The notes under the pieces: model-generated
Database searches by the model: none
Seen by the model: the letters and a program-made list of their open reading frames with translations, nothing else
Told to the model about the DNA's origin: nothing
Origin: an uncultured delta proteobacterium
GTDB lineage: Bacteria > Desulfobacterota > Syntrophia > Syntrophales > UBA5619
Assembly: GCA_963817385.1 (NCBI GenBank)
Contig: CAWFOM010000006.1
Coordinates: 96,001-160,000, forward strand
DNA: 64,000 nt
Direction of reading: 5' to 3'
Shown here: positions 11,501-21,801 of the stretch, in pieces
How the letters are laid out: the number at the start of each line of letters is the position of its first letter
Numbering within the stretch: the stretch's first letter is position 1
Position numbers and translations under genes: made by a program

Positions 11501-12244
11501 TCAGTCCGCCTCATGAAAAAGGCCGGACGCCATCCGGGTGCGGCCCCGGACATAGGCGTCATCCTCGTGAAGCTCCGGGCCTTGAGCCGCCGCAGTGGCA
11601 AGCGCATCGCAACGCTCGTTTTCCGGTTGGCCGGCATGCCCCCGCACCCAGACGAACTCCACGCGGTGCCGATCGCACAGCTCCAGCAGTTGTTCCCACA
11701 GGTCGCTGTTCTCGGCTGCTTCGCTTTTGGTGCGCATCCAGTTGTTGGCGCGCCATTTGCGGGCCCAACCTTTCCTGATCCCGTTTACCACGTAGCTCGA
11801 ATCGCTGTACAGGATCACGGTGGATGGGGTTTTAAGCACCCTGAGCGCCGCAATACAGGAGGTTAGCTCCATGCGGTTGTTGGTAGTCAGGCGAAACCCT
11901 TCCGAGAGCTCGATCCGCCTCTCCCCGTCGATGATGATGGCACCGTACCCCCCCGGTCCCGGATTGCCCCGGCACCCCCCGTCGGTATAAATGGTGATCG
12001 TTTCCGGCGCACGGGTGGATGCGGCAGGGGCGGGTGAGCCGCCATTCGCCTTGCCGGACGAAGCCTTGGCGGAGACCGGATTTTCCAGCCACTGCCGTGC
12101 CTCGGTCAGAGAGGCGAACCCCCGGTACAAAGCCCCGGCAACGCCGCGGATCTGCACCTCGGCGCCCTCCGCACCGAACCAGGCGGTGTATATGCCGGGC
12201 CGGATACCCCGGGCGACGGCATAGTATTTTTTTGATTTCCCCAT
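11501..12244 (-). CDS. rnhA: Ribonuclease HI with N-terminal viroplasmin-like (hybrid-binding) domain
   Basis: KYYAVARG..PGIY..W N-terminal domain; IYTDGGCRGNPGPGG, TTNNRMEL, SDSSYV and WVRGHAG..ENERCD motifs. Confidence 0.92.
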   Translation of the reverse strand: MGKSKKYYAVARGIRPGIYTAWFGAEGAEVQIRGVAGALYRGFASLTEARQWLENPVSAKASSGKANGGSPAPAASTRAPETITIYTDGGCRGNPGPGGYGAIIIDGERRIELSEGFRLTTNNRMELTSCIAALRVLKTPSTVILYSDSSYVVNGIRKGWARKWRANNWMRTKSEAAENSDLWEQLLELCDRHRVEFVWVRGHAGQPENERCDALATAAAQGPELHEDDAYVRGRTRMASGLFHEAD

Positions 12245-13003
12245 GCGATTACTCCCGACGGGTTCCCGTTTCTTGGATTGCAGATCGGTCATGAACACCC
12301 TACCGCGTGCTTCATTGATTGCGCGCTCTCCCTATACAAAGTGATCCTTATCATCACAAAAAAAATCACGCAATGATATTCACCTGCAGCGCATTTCCGG
12401 AAGCGTCCTTCGTTGCGGCAGTTTTGAGGATCGGGGACAAACCTCGCGCATGCAAGGGATTTCAGTGAAACAAGTCGGCTCTTATTCGTTTGGCGTAGTG
12501 CACGGCAAAGGTACTCCTCCGGGGTGGCCGGCCTGTTTGCGGAGAGCCTGGGCGGACACATCCTGCGTGCACTTGGTGCCATGCGTACCTGGGCGGGCCC
12601 TCTGAACATCCAAACTTATGGTGAGAAATATTTTGTTGACAAGCATTGATTTTTTGTGCTTAAGACGTATCCAAGCTGTATACCGATATCGGTGAGACAC
12701 ATCCAAGCCATCATTTCGGCCCTAATGAACCAGAAGTGCCTAGCATAATAAGATATTCTTTGATGCACTGTTCGTGGGAATGGTCTTACGCGCCTATCAA
12801 TGAGTGAACCTGCAAGCCGTTCCGTTGCTTATGACGCTCGGCAGGGTATCACGTGAGCGTCCTCGGGCTCCGACGGTAATTGCCTCCCTGCTGGACTCAG
12901 CGGGTGAAAGTCATGTGCAACATGCCCGTATGTCGACTATTTATATGATTACTCCATTTTTGTATGCAGGATTATTTATTGTTCGGGGGAGGAAGAGACG
13001 AAA

Positions 13004-13663
13004 TTGCCCAGAATAAGAGATATCCAGAAGGGACCTGTTCTATGGTCCGAGAGGGCGTATTCCCTGATCAAAAAGATGATTTTGGAAAGAAATATCTCAC
13101 CGAAAGAGCCCCTTTCCGAATCAAAACTGGCCTCGATTCTTGGGATCAGCAGGACCCCGGTCAGGGAAGCCCTCAAGAAGCTGAAGGGTGAGGGCATTAT
13201 TATTTCATCGGACAAGAAAGGATATTTTCTCAATGTTCCGACGGCGAATGAAATTAAGGATTTGTATGAAGTCAGGGCCATCTTGGAACTTGCCGCGGTG
13301 AAATTTGCTATTCAGCGGCTCGATTCCGATGAGATAGAGGAGTTTGAGAAGAAATTATTAAAGTTCAAGGCGGAATTGAATAACGGTGATGAAGGGAAAA
13401 GTGATCTGGTCAAGTTGGGAAAAGAGTTGCACTTCTTTATTATCGAAAGGGCAGGGAATAGAAAATTGGAGGAGTTGGTCAAGACGCTGTATGAGCAAAT
13501 TGAGATGAGCAGGGTATATTCCTACTATAAGCAGAGAAAAGTATCGGTTGATGAGCATATAAAAATCGCCAACGCCTTGAAGGAAAGAGACTTGGAGAAG
13601 AGCCAAGCGAGCCTGGAGGAGCATTTTAAGAATGCGTTTGAAATGTTAATGAAGATTCTTTGA
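13004..13663 (+). CDS. GntR-family (FadR/FCD) transcriptional regulator
   Basis: LSESKLASILGISRTPVREALKKL HTH; C-terminal FCD-like region (LH...AGN..L, EH..I..AL); GGAGG RBS, TTG start; AT-rich. Confidence 0.9.
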   Translation: MPRIRDIQKGPVLWSERAYSLIKKMILERNISPKEPLSESKLASILGISRTPVREALKKLKGEGIIISSDKKGYFLNVPTANEIKDLYEVRAILELAAVKFAIQRLDSDEIEEFEKKLLKFKAELNNGDEGKSDLVKLGKELHFFIIERAGNRKLEELVKTLYEQIEMSRVYSYYKQRKVSVDEHIKIANALKERDLEKSQASLEEHFKNAFEMLMKIL

Positions 13664-13796
13664 AATTGATGCGATTATGAGTGACGGCCATGTTGATGAA
13701 GAGACGTCATGGCCGTCAAGGAGAATGTACGGGAGGTGAGTCAGCGGAGAATTCGTCAATTACTTGCACAACCTACGAGAAGAAAGGGGGAACGAA

Positions 13797-14771
13797 ATGA
13801 AAAAGGTTCATACATTATTTACGATCTTCGTTTTAGCGTCCATGATTTTAGGGACAACAGCCCCGGCGGTGGCAGCCTATCCGGAGAAACCTATCGAGTT
13901 TGTCACTCACAGCGCTCCAGGAGGCGGTTCCGATATCTTTGCGCGACGTGTCGCCGATATGGCGGCGCAGGCGAAGATTTTTCCGGTCCCGTTGGTGGTT
14001 GTGAATAAACCGGGGGGAAGCGGCGCCGTAGCCACTGGCTATGTGGCCACCAAGAAGGACGACCCCTACATGATCTTTGCGACAACGATTTCCATCTATA
14101 CCACCTTGGCGAAGGGAGAGGTGAAAGTGACTCTCGGTGACTACACGCCGATTTGTGCGTTGGTACAGGATCCCAATATCCTCGCCGTCAGGACTGAAGC
14201 CCCCTATAAGAATGTAAAGGAATTCATCGCCGCGGCAAAACAAAAGCGCAAAGGGTTGAACCAGGGATTGGCCTCTTTGGGAGCCACGGACCACATTCTC
14301 TCCCATAGGATTCAGAAGATTACGGGAGCGGAGTTCAACATCGTTTCGTTCAAGCAGGGGACAGAGGCCAATATGGCCCTGCTGGGGGGGCATGTGGATT
14401 TTGGCCTCGGCAATCCGAGCGAAATGGCCGGGCAGATGGAAGCAGGCAAACTCCGCGCCTTGGCCACCGCCACCGACAAGAGACTCCCCTACCTGCCGAA
14501 AGTTCCCACCTTGAAGGAAGAGGGAATCGATGTGTCGATTGCCCAAATCCGCGGTATATGGGGCACGAAGAATATGCCCAAGGAGGTGGTGCAATATTTG
14601 GAAACGGCTTTCAATAGGCTGACCAAGACGGAAGCCTGGAAGAAATATCTGGAGGACGAGTTGGTCCTGGATGCCTTCATGGGGAGCGCCGAATACAGCA
14701 AATGGTTGGAAAAGGAATTGAAGAACTACACGCAGGAATTGACCGAATTGGGCTTAATCAAAAAGAAATGA
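13797..14771 (+). CDS. tctC: Tripartite tricarboxylate transporter substrate-binding protein (TctC/Bug) #1
   Basis: Signal peptide; YPEKPI..APGGGSD; NKPGGSG; LLGGHVD; VPTLKEEG. Confidence 0.92.
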   Translation: MKKVHTLFTIFVLASMILGTTAPAVAAYPEKPIEFVTHSAPGGGSDIFARRVADMAAQAKIFPVPLVVVNKPGGSGAVATGYVATKKDDPYMIFATTISIYTTLAKGEVKVTLGDYTPICALVQDPNILAVRTEAPYKNVKEFIAAAKQKRKGLNQGLASLGATDHILSHRIQKITGAEFNIVSFKQGTEANMALLGGHVDFGLGNPSEMAGQMEAGKLRALATATDKRLPYLPKVPTLKEEGIDVSIAQIRGIWGTKNMPKEVVQYLETAFNRLTKTEAWKKYLEDELVLDAFMGSAEYSKWLEKELKNYTQELTELGLIKKK

Positions 14772-15213
14772 AGGAGGGAGTTCGAAAGTCCATGGGCTTC
14801 AAATCCGCCACGGTTTCCGGCGCCGGGGTTTCGGAGTCCCGGATGTGCGTGCCGGACATGGGCATCATGGGGTTGGCCGACAGCGTCGACCAGTTCCGCA
14901 ACATCGCCCGGTGCGTCGACATCCCGCTGAAGGCGGATGCCGATACCGGATATGGGAATGCCGTCAACGTCTACTTCGCCATCCAGGCATACGAGCAGGC
15001 AGGCGCAGCCTGCATCATGCTTGAAGACCAGGTTTGGCCCGAGCGTTGGAAGTCCTCCGGGAATCGAACCGAACCGGAGAGGCGTGCGACCGACCGGATC
15101 TGTGCATCGACTTCGAGGAACATTCCGCCCTCATGGGGCTCCCGCGAATCAAGGAGCTGGAAGACCGTTTCCTCACGGAAGAGGTCCTGACGGATAAATA
15201 CGGGCGGTGCTGA
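14768..15213 (+). pseudogene. Isocitrate lyase/PEP mutase (PrpB-like) remnant with N-terminal and internal deletions
   Basis: DIPLKADADTGYGNAVNV...IMLEDQVWP then breaks before the KRCGH loop; another frame gives a C-terminal-like DFEEHSALMGLPRIKELEDRF...KYGRC* ending at 15213. Confidence 0.8.
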
Positions 15214-15240
15214 GAAAGAAATGAACGAAAGGAGGATCAA

Positions 15241-16212
15241 ATGGGTTGCTTAAAATTGTTCATGATCTTGGCTTTGGCTTTTATGGTGGCTGGTACGCCC
15301 CACTTGGCGGCCGCGGGACCTTATCCCGAAAAACCCATCGAGTTTGTAACCCATAGCGCTCCGGGGGGCGGTTCGGACATTTTTGCCCGGCACATAGCGA
15401 ACCTGATGGAGAAGGAAAAGATTATCTCCGTTCCGCTGGTGGTGGTGAACAAATCGGGAGGAAGCGGCGCGGTCGGGGTGGCCTACGTAGCGCCCAAGAA
15501 GGGGGAAGCGTACACGATCTTCGCCACCTCGCCGGGTATCTACGCTACGCTCGTCAAGGGGGAGGTGAAGGCAAGCATCGAGGATTTCACCCCCATCTGC
15601 GCCCTGATTCAGGATCCCAACGTTCTTGTCGTTCGGGGGAACGCCCCGTACAAGAATGTGAAGGAGTTCATCGCGGAGGCGGGAAAGAAGCGAAAAGGAT
15701 TGAGTCTTGGGTTGTCCTCACTCGGGGGAGGTGACCATGCCATTGCCGTCAAGATGGGGGAGGCGAAAGGGGTGGAATTCAACATCGTCTCGTTCAAGCA
15801 AGGAACCGAGGCCATTATGGCCATCATGGGCGGACATGTCGATTTCGGTCTCAGCAGCCCCGGGGAGACGGCCGGTCAGATCGAATCCGGACAGCTCCGT
15901 GTTCTGGCCACGGCCACCGATAAACGCCTCCCCCAGATGCCGAAAGTCCCCACGCTGAAGGAGGAAGGGATAGATGTCTCCTATACATCGATCCGCGGGA
16001 TATTCGGGCCGAACGACATGCCCAAAGACGCGGTGAAGTACTGGGAATCCTCCTTCCGGAAGCTTACCCAGACCTCCTCCTGGAAACAGTATGTGGAAAA
16101 GGAGGTGGTGATGGATGCCTTTATGGACAGTGCGGAGTTCGGTAAGTTCCTGGATAAAGAGCTGCCCAGGCTGCGGGGGGATCTCGTCCGGTTCGGATTG
16201 GTCAAGAAGTGA
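15241..16212 (+). CDS. tctC: TctC/Bug substrate-binding protein #2 (paralog of #1)
   Basis: YPEKPIEFVTHSAPGGGSDIFAR and EFNIVSFKQGTEA are identical to #1. Confidence 0.92.
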   Translation: MGCLKLFMILALAFMVAGTPHLAAAGPYPEKPIEFVTHSAPGGGSDIFARHIANLMEKEKIISVPLVVVNKSGGSGAVGVAYVAPKKGEAYTIFATSPGIYATLVKGEVKASIEDFTPICALIQDPNVLVVRGNAPYKNVKEFIAEAGKKRKGLSLGLSSLGGGDHAIAVKMGEAKGVEFNIVSFKQGTEAIMAIMGGHVDFGLSSPGETAGQIESGQLRVLATATDKRLPQMPKVPTLKEEGIDVSYTSIRGIFGPNDMPKDAVKYWESSFRKLTQTSSWKQYVEKEVVMDAFMDSAEFGKFLDKELPRLRGDLVRFGLVKK

Positions 16213-16218
16213 TGCCGA

Positions 16219-16260
16219 GCGAGGAGGAGGGGCGGATGATCGCCGGCCCTCCTTCCTCGC
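16219..16260 (+). other. Intergenic stem-loop after tctC #2 (possible mRNA stabiliser or attenuator)
   Basis: GCGAGGAGGAGGG / CCCTCCTTCCTCGC near-perfect inverted repeat. Confidence 0.4.
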
Positions 16261-16328
16261 GACCATGACGGTGGATGGACGGTATAAGTTCTCCAACGGT
16301 TCGTTCAAACAAACAGAAAGGTAGGATC

Positions 16329-16787
16329 ATGAGAAGGTGTAATCAGGTGGCAGGCATCCTCCTCCTTGGTTTATCCGTCGCGGCGATTGTCGGATCCGGG
16401 GATCTCATCTACAAAGTGGAATTCAGCCCGGGCGCCGGGTTTTTCCCCTTCTGGCTCGGCGTATCCCTTCTGGTACTCTCCCTCATTCTCCTGATGAAGA
16501 ACACGATCTTCAAATCTCCTGCGAAGGAAGAGAACCCTCTGCCCGGAAGGGAGGCCTTACTGAGGATACTCTCCATTCTGGGGTCGCTGTTGGTCGGCAT
16601 TCTGTTGTTCGAGCGGATCGGGTTTTTGATCACGATGTTCTCCGTTGCCGCTTTTTTGCTGATCTTTCTGGAGAAGTACCGGTGGTACAGCGGCATCCTG
16701 ATATCCCTGGTGATGGTCTTTGCCGTTTATGGAATCTTTAAAATCTGGCTCAAGGTCCCCTTGCCCCTCGGGCTTTTCCACGGATAA
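16329..16787 (+). CDS. tctB: TctB small membrane subunit
   Basis: PGAGFFPFW, four TM segments, FERIGF, WLKVPLPLG. Confidence 0.9.
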   Translation: MRRCNQVAGILLLGLSVAAIVGSGDLIYKVEFSPGAGFFPFWLGVSLLVLSLILLMKNTIFKSPAKEENPLPGREALLRILSILGSLLVGILLFERIGFLITMFSVAAFLLIFLEKYRWYSGILISLVMVFAVYGIFKIWLKVPLPLGLFHG

Positions 16788-16802
16788 CGGGAGGATCGAT
16801 TT

Positions 16803-18290
16803 ATGGATGTTCTTCATTCCCTCACACTCGGATTTTCGGTTGCCCTCACCCCGACAAATATCTTCTATGCGTTCTTCGGTTGCCTTGTCGGAACGTTGAT
16901 CGGCGTTCTGCCCGGTATCGGCCCCCTCTGCACGATCGCCCTGATCCTCCCCACAACGTTCAGCATGAATCCCACCTCCGCCATGATCATGATGTGCGCC
17001 GTTTATTACGGCGCCCAGTACGGAGGCTCGACAACCTCGATCTTGATCAACGTCCCGGGGGAATCGGCGTCGGTCATGACCTGTATAGACGGATATCAGA
17101 TGGCGCGGAACGGACGCGCGGGAGTCGCCCTGGCCATATCGGGTATCTCGTCTTTTGTCTGCGGGACTTTGAGCGTCGTCGCGCTGATGCTCATGGCGCC
17201 ACCTCTGGCAAAGTTCGCCCTCTCGTTCGGCCCTCCGGAGTATTTCTCCCTCATGCTGATGGGACTCACGACGATCGTGTTCCTCGGCGGGCGATCGATC
17301 GTAAAGTCCATCGTAAGCATCATCCTGGGTCTTCTCCTTGGATTGATCGGCGTGGATCCCGTAGGCGGGGTGAACAGATTTACCTTAGGAAGTTTGGAGC
17401 TGATCGACGGCATCGACTTCATCGTCGTGGTCATGGGGATATTCGGGATCGGCGAGGTCCTGGTGAGCGCGGAAGAGCGGATGAAGATAAGCATCCTGAA
17501 GACGAAGATTTCCGGACTCATCCCTACACTGAAGGACATGAAAGACTCCATCGGCGCGATGATACGGGGATTCTTCATCGGGTTCATCATCGGCGTTCTT
17601 CCGGGAACCGGGGCCACGATAGCCTCGTTTTTGTCCTATGCGACGGAGAAGATGGTGTCCGGGCATCCCGAAGAATTCGGCAAAGGGGCGATCGCGGGGG
17701 TGGCGGGTCCGGAGGGGGCCAACAATGCGGCAGTAGCCGGGGCGATGGTTCCCCTTTTTACCCTGGGCATCCCCGGTTCCGGCACCGCCGCGGTGATGCT
17801 GGGCGCGATGATGATGTGGGGGCTGCGCCCGGGACCCTTGCTCTTCGTGCAGCATCCCGATTTCGTCTGGGGGATCATCGCCAGCATGTATATCGGGAAC
17901 GTCGTCCTGCTGATCCTGAACCTCCCCCTCGTCCCCCTGTTTGCGGCGATGCTCAGGGTTCCCTACGCCATCCTCTATCCGTTCATCCTCATCCTGTGCA
18001 CGACGGGCGTCTACAGTCTCGACGGCAGCATGTTTGAGGTCTATCTCATGTTCTTCTTCGGCGTGATCGGGTATTTCGTCAAGAAACTCGATTTTCCCCC
18101 TGCGCCCATTGTGCTGGCATTGATTCTGGGTCCGATGGTTGAAAGGGCCCTCTACCAATCCCTTACCATATCCCACGGAAGCTTCAGCATCCTGGTTACC
18201 CGTCCGTACTCGGCGGTATTTTTGGTCATGGTGTGCATTGTGCTCACGGTGCCGGTAATAAAATGGTGGAGACAAAAGAAGAAAGCGTGA
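16803..18290 (+). CDS. tctA: TctA large membrane subunit
   Basis: GVLPGIG, YYGAQYGGSTTSIL.NVPGE, GVAGPEGANNA and LGIPG motifs. Confidence 0.95.
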   Translation: MDVLHSLTLGFSVALTPTNIFYAFFGCLVGTLIGVLPGIGPLCTIALILPTTFSMNPTSAMIMMCAVYYGAQYGGSTTSILINVPGESASVMTCIDGYQMARNGRAGVALAISGISSFVCGTLSVVALMLMAPPLAKFALSFGPPEYFSLMLMGLTTIVFLGGRSIVKSIVSIILGLLLGLIGVDPVGGVNRFTLGSLELIDGIDFIVVVMGIFGIGEVLVSAEERMKISILKTKISGLIPTLKDMKDSIGAMIRGFFIGFIIGVLPGTGATIASFLSYATEKMVSGHPEEFGKGAIAGVAGPEGANNAAVAGAMVPLFTLGIPGSGTAAVMLGAMMMWGLRPGPLLFVQHPDFVWGIIASMYIGNVVLLILNLPLVPLFAAMLRVPYAILYPFILILCTTGVYSLDGSMFEVYLMFFFGVIGYFVKKLDFPPAPIVLALILGPMVERALYQSLTISHGSFSILVTRPYSAVFLVMVCIVLTVPVIKWWRQKKKA

Positions 18291-18348
18291 GGAAACTTCT
18301 ATTTTCTCATGACGCGGCAATACTGAAATTCATACGATGAGGCCTGAA

Positions 18349-19738
18349 ATGAGTGATCAAATGATGGAAGTACGCGTCCTGTCGGCAAGCGGAGTCTGCG
18401 GATCGGGATTCCAGGAGAGCTCTCTGGAGAGAAGCCTTGAAATGAAGCCCCACTTCATCGGATGTGATTGCGGCTCGACGGACCCGGGACCGGCGCCGCT
18501 CGGTTCCGGAAAGACCGCCTTCCCCCGACAGGCGATCAAGCGGGATCTTCGCCTGATGCTGAAGGCTGTTCGTCGTGCGAAGATTCCTCTGCTCTTGGGA
18601 TCCGCCGGGACGGCGGGCGGAGAGCCTCACCTTGCGCTGGTCGCGGAGATTGTCCGTGAGATCGCCGCCGAGGAGACACCTTTCATTCCCGGCGGCGCTG
18701 ATCCACTCCGAACAGGACAAGGCCTATCTCAAGAGGAGGCTCCGCGAGGGCAGGATCAGGCCGCTCAAACCGGCGCCCGACTTCGACGAAGCGGTGATCG
18801 ATCGTTCCGTGCGCATCGTGGGGATGATGGGGACAGATCCGTTTCTCAAGGCCCTCGATGGCGGCGCCGAGGTCGTCATTGCGGGTCGGGCGAGCGACTG
18901 CGCGATCTTTGCCGGCATCCCCATCCGGATGGGCGTCGCGCCGGGCATTGCCTGGCACGCTGCCAAGATCCTGGAATGCGGCGCCGCCGCCGCCGTCTCG
19001 CGGTCATCGCCGGATTGCATGTTCGCAACGCTCAGGAAGGACCATTTCGACGTGGAAACGCCGAATCCGGAGATGCGCTGCTCTCCGCAGAGCGTCGCGG
19101 CGCACAGCCTCTACGAGAACGGGGACCCCTACCGGCTGGTGGAATCGAGCGGGGTAATCGACCTGACCGAAGCGCAATATGAAGCCCTGGACAACCGCCG
19201 AGTTCGGGTTCGGGGAAGCCGATTCGAGGCCGCCGAGAAGTACACGGTTAAGCTCGAAGGCGCCGAGCAGGTCGGCTACCAGAGCATTGTCATCGGATCG
19301 ATCCGCGATCCGTACATCATCCGGCAGCTCGATTCCTGGGTGGAACGGCTCAAGCAGAGGGTGAAGGCGCGGGCGGCCGAGGTCTACGCGGGCGACAAAA
19401 CCGCCGGCGAGCACCTCTTCAACGTCCGCATCTACGGCAAGGACGGCACCATGGGTCCCCTCGAACCGGTCAAAGAGATCCGGTCGCACGAGGTTTGCCT
19501 GGTTATGGAGGTGACGGCGGCAACCCAGGAGATCGCGACCACCATCGTCTCGATGGCCCGGCACCAGGCCCTGCATCTGCCCATTCCGGAATGGAGCGGC
19601 TTGATCACGGGCGTGGCGTGCATATACAGCCCGGCCTATCTGGAGCGGGGTGCGGTCTACCGATTCTGCGTCAATCACGTGCTCGAACCGGACGATCCAT
19701 GCGAGATGTTCCCCATCGAATATGTAACCATCGGTTAA
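18349..19738 (+). CDS. AtuA/DUF1446-family protein (one frameshift at ~18680)
   Basis: N-part GVCGSGF...IGCDCGSTDPGP..LG...GSAGTAG joins C-part IAGRASD.A.FA, WHAAKILECGA, SVAAHSLYEN, KLEGA..VG, IRDP. Confidence 0.85.
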
Positions 19739-19751
19739 GGAGAAGGAGAAT

Positions 19752-20060
19752 ATGGCAAAACTCGGTGAACTGGCTCGCCTGATCCGCAGCAAGAACGCCG
19801 GACCGTTCGAACTGACCTTCGACATCATGTTCGACGACCAGGAGACCTTCCAGCGCGTAAAGGACAGCAATGCCCTCTCGCGGGCGGTCATTGGAGAGAT
19901 ATACCGTGTTCCGCTTCAGGACGTGAAGTTCTTCGTCGTCCCGCAGGCGCTGGCGTTCAAGGCCTCCATCCCGCGGCCGAGGTTCCAGGGCGATCTGCTG
20001 GACAGCGACGGGCACGGCGGCCAGCAGTATGCGCCTCTGATCGATATTGAAATTCCCTGA
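19752..20060 (+). CDS. DUF4387-family protein
   Basis: LARLIRSKNAGPFELTFDIMF...GD..D.DGHGGQQYAPL; usual partner of DUF1446. Confidence 0.85.
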   Translation: MAKLGELARLIRSKNAGPFELTFDIMFDDQETFQRVKDSNALSRAVIGEIYRVPLQDVKFFVVPQALAFKASIPRPRFQGDLLDSDGHGGQQYAPLIDIEIP

Positions 20061-20229
20061 GAAGGCCGACCTGCCAGGGAAATTACGTGCCCGCTCGGGG
20101 AACCGGGCCGATGATGCGGTTTCAGGACAAGGCCCCTCTTTGCGGCCGCGGAGGTGTCGAGGGTGACGTCTTCCTCCGATGGCAGCATTGCCCTGCGGAG
20201 GGACATCAGCATGAAGGAGTGTTCATCTC

Positions 20230-21738
20230 ATGGAACTGCATGAGGTCAGAGTCTACCCTTCCAAGGCGACGCCGGCCAGGAGAGATCAACTGGCCTGGAA
20301 AATTGCGGAAGTCGCCGCGGACCCGGTAGCGGTTGAGCAAGACGTCGCCGAGATGGTGATCAACCGGATCATCGATGACGCAGCCGTGGCGATCGCGGCC
20401 ATCAACCGGGATCCGGTGGCTCACGCCCGGGCCCAGGCGCTGGCGCACCCGCGGAGCGACGGGGCAACGGTTTTCGGCCTCCCCTCCGGCCGCCGATTCG
20501 AAGCGGAGTGGGCGGGATGGGCCAATAACGTCGCGGTACGGGAGCTGGATTTTCACGATTCGCTCATGGCCGCCGATTACAGCCATCCCGGAGACACGAT
20601 TCCCCCGTTGATCGCCGTCGCTCAGCAGTGCGGACGATCGGGGCAGGATCTCATCCGGGCGATCGCCGCGGCCTACGAGATTCAAGTGGATCTGGTGAAG
20701 GCCATCGACCTTCACAGCTACGGGATAGATCACGTCGCCCACCTGGGGCCGGCCGTGGCGGCGGGACTGGGAGCCCTTTTGGCCCTTCCCCCGGAAGTGA
20801 TTTATCAGGCGGTGCAGCAGGCGGTGCATCTCTCCTTTTCCACCCGGCAGTCCCGGAAGGGCGAAATCTCAAGCTGGAAGGCCTATGCGCCCGCCCATAC
20901 CGGGAAGGTTGCGGTGGAGGCGATGGATCGGGCGATGCGGGGCGAAGGAAGCCCCTCGCCCATCTACGAAGGAGAGGACAGCGTCATCGCCTGGATGCTG
21001 GCGGGAAAGAACGCGGTATACCGGGTCCCCTTGCCGGCACCGGGCGAACCCAAGCGGGCGATTCTGGAGACCTATCCGAAGGAGCATTCCGTGGCCTTTC
21101 ACATCCAGGCACTGGTCGATCTCGCCTTCAAGGTGCGCGAACGGGTGCCCGACGTCGAGCAGATCGAGGCCGTCACGATTTACACCAAGCATCACAGTCA
21201 CCGGGTGACGGGGACGGGCTCCAACGATCCGCAGAAGATGGATCCCAACGCAAGCCGCGAGACGCTGGACCACAGCATCATGTTTGCCTTCGCCGTGGCG
21301 CTTCAGGACGGCCGGTGGCATCATGTCAGGAGCTACCTTCCCGAGCGCGTCAGACGTCCCGATACCGTCAGGCTCTGGCAAAAGATTAAAACGGTCGAAG
21401 ACGAGGAGTGGAATCGCCTCTACGATGAGCCGGATCCCCTGCACAAAGTCCATGGCGGCCGGGTGGAAATTCTTTTCCGCAGCGGAGAACGGCTCGTGGA
21501 TCAGATTCTCTTCCATAATGCACACCCTCTGGGAGCGAAACCCTTTGCCCGGCTCGATTATGTTGCGAAACTTGAACGGTTGGGCGAAGGGATCATCTCT
21601 CCCGAGGAGTGTGCGCGGTTCATTGACCTGCTCCGGCATCTGCCGCGACTGTCGCCACGGGAACTTTCGGGCCTCAATCTGGAGGTTGAGCCCGGCGGTC
21701 TTCAGTCTTCGGAGCGCAATACGGAGGGGATCTTTTAA
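20230..21738 (+). CDS. prpD: MmgE/PrpD-family protein (2-methylcitrate dehydratase-like)
   Basis: VRELDFHDS..AADYSHPGD.IP, DHVAH, RQSRKGEISSWK, SRETLDHS motifs. Confidence 0.88.
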   Translation: MELHEVRVYPSKATPARRDQLAWKIAEVAADPVAVEQDVAEMVINRIIDDAAVAIAAINRDPVAHARAQALAHPRSDGATVFGLPSGRRFEAEWAGWANNVAVRELDFHDSLMAADYSHPGDTIPPLIAVAQQCGRSGQDLIRAIAAAYEIQVDLVKAIDLHSYGIDHVAHLGPAVAAGLGALLALPPEVIYQAVQQAVHLSFSTRQSRKGEISSWKAYAPAHTGKVAVEAMDRAMRGEGSPSPIYEGEDSVIAWMLAGKNAVYRVPLPAPGEPKRAILETYPKEHSVAFHIQALVDLAFKVRERVPDVEQIEAVTIYTKHHSHRVTGTGSNDPQKMDPNASRETLDHSIMFAFAVALQDGRWHHVRSYLPERVRRPDTVRLWQKIKTVEDEEWNRLYDEPDPLHKVHGGRVEILFRSGERLVDQILFHNAHPLGAKPFARLDYVAKLERLGEGIISPEECARFIDLLRHLPRLSPRELSGLNLEVEPGGLQSSERNTEGIF

Positions 21739-21801
21739 TCCGAATAGCGTCGATGGGACCACGCCGCTCTTGTCTCACCTTCCCCCTGAGGGGTTCTCGC
21801 A

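Noticed and set aside
12300..13000. Small ORFs or an ncRNA in the 700-bp rnhA-gntR intergenic region
   Set aside because: No RBS-supported ORF with a recognisable product and no clear conserved structure; only a lone TTGACA (12636) and weak TGTATAC-like GntR half-sites.
18660..18700. Programmed ribosomal frameshifting in atuA, hemA or the ThDP gene
   Set aside because: No convincing slippery heptamer plus stimulator, and similar indels are scattered through unrelated genes, which favours sequencing error.
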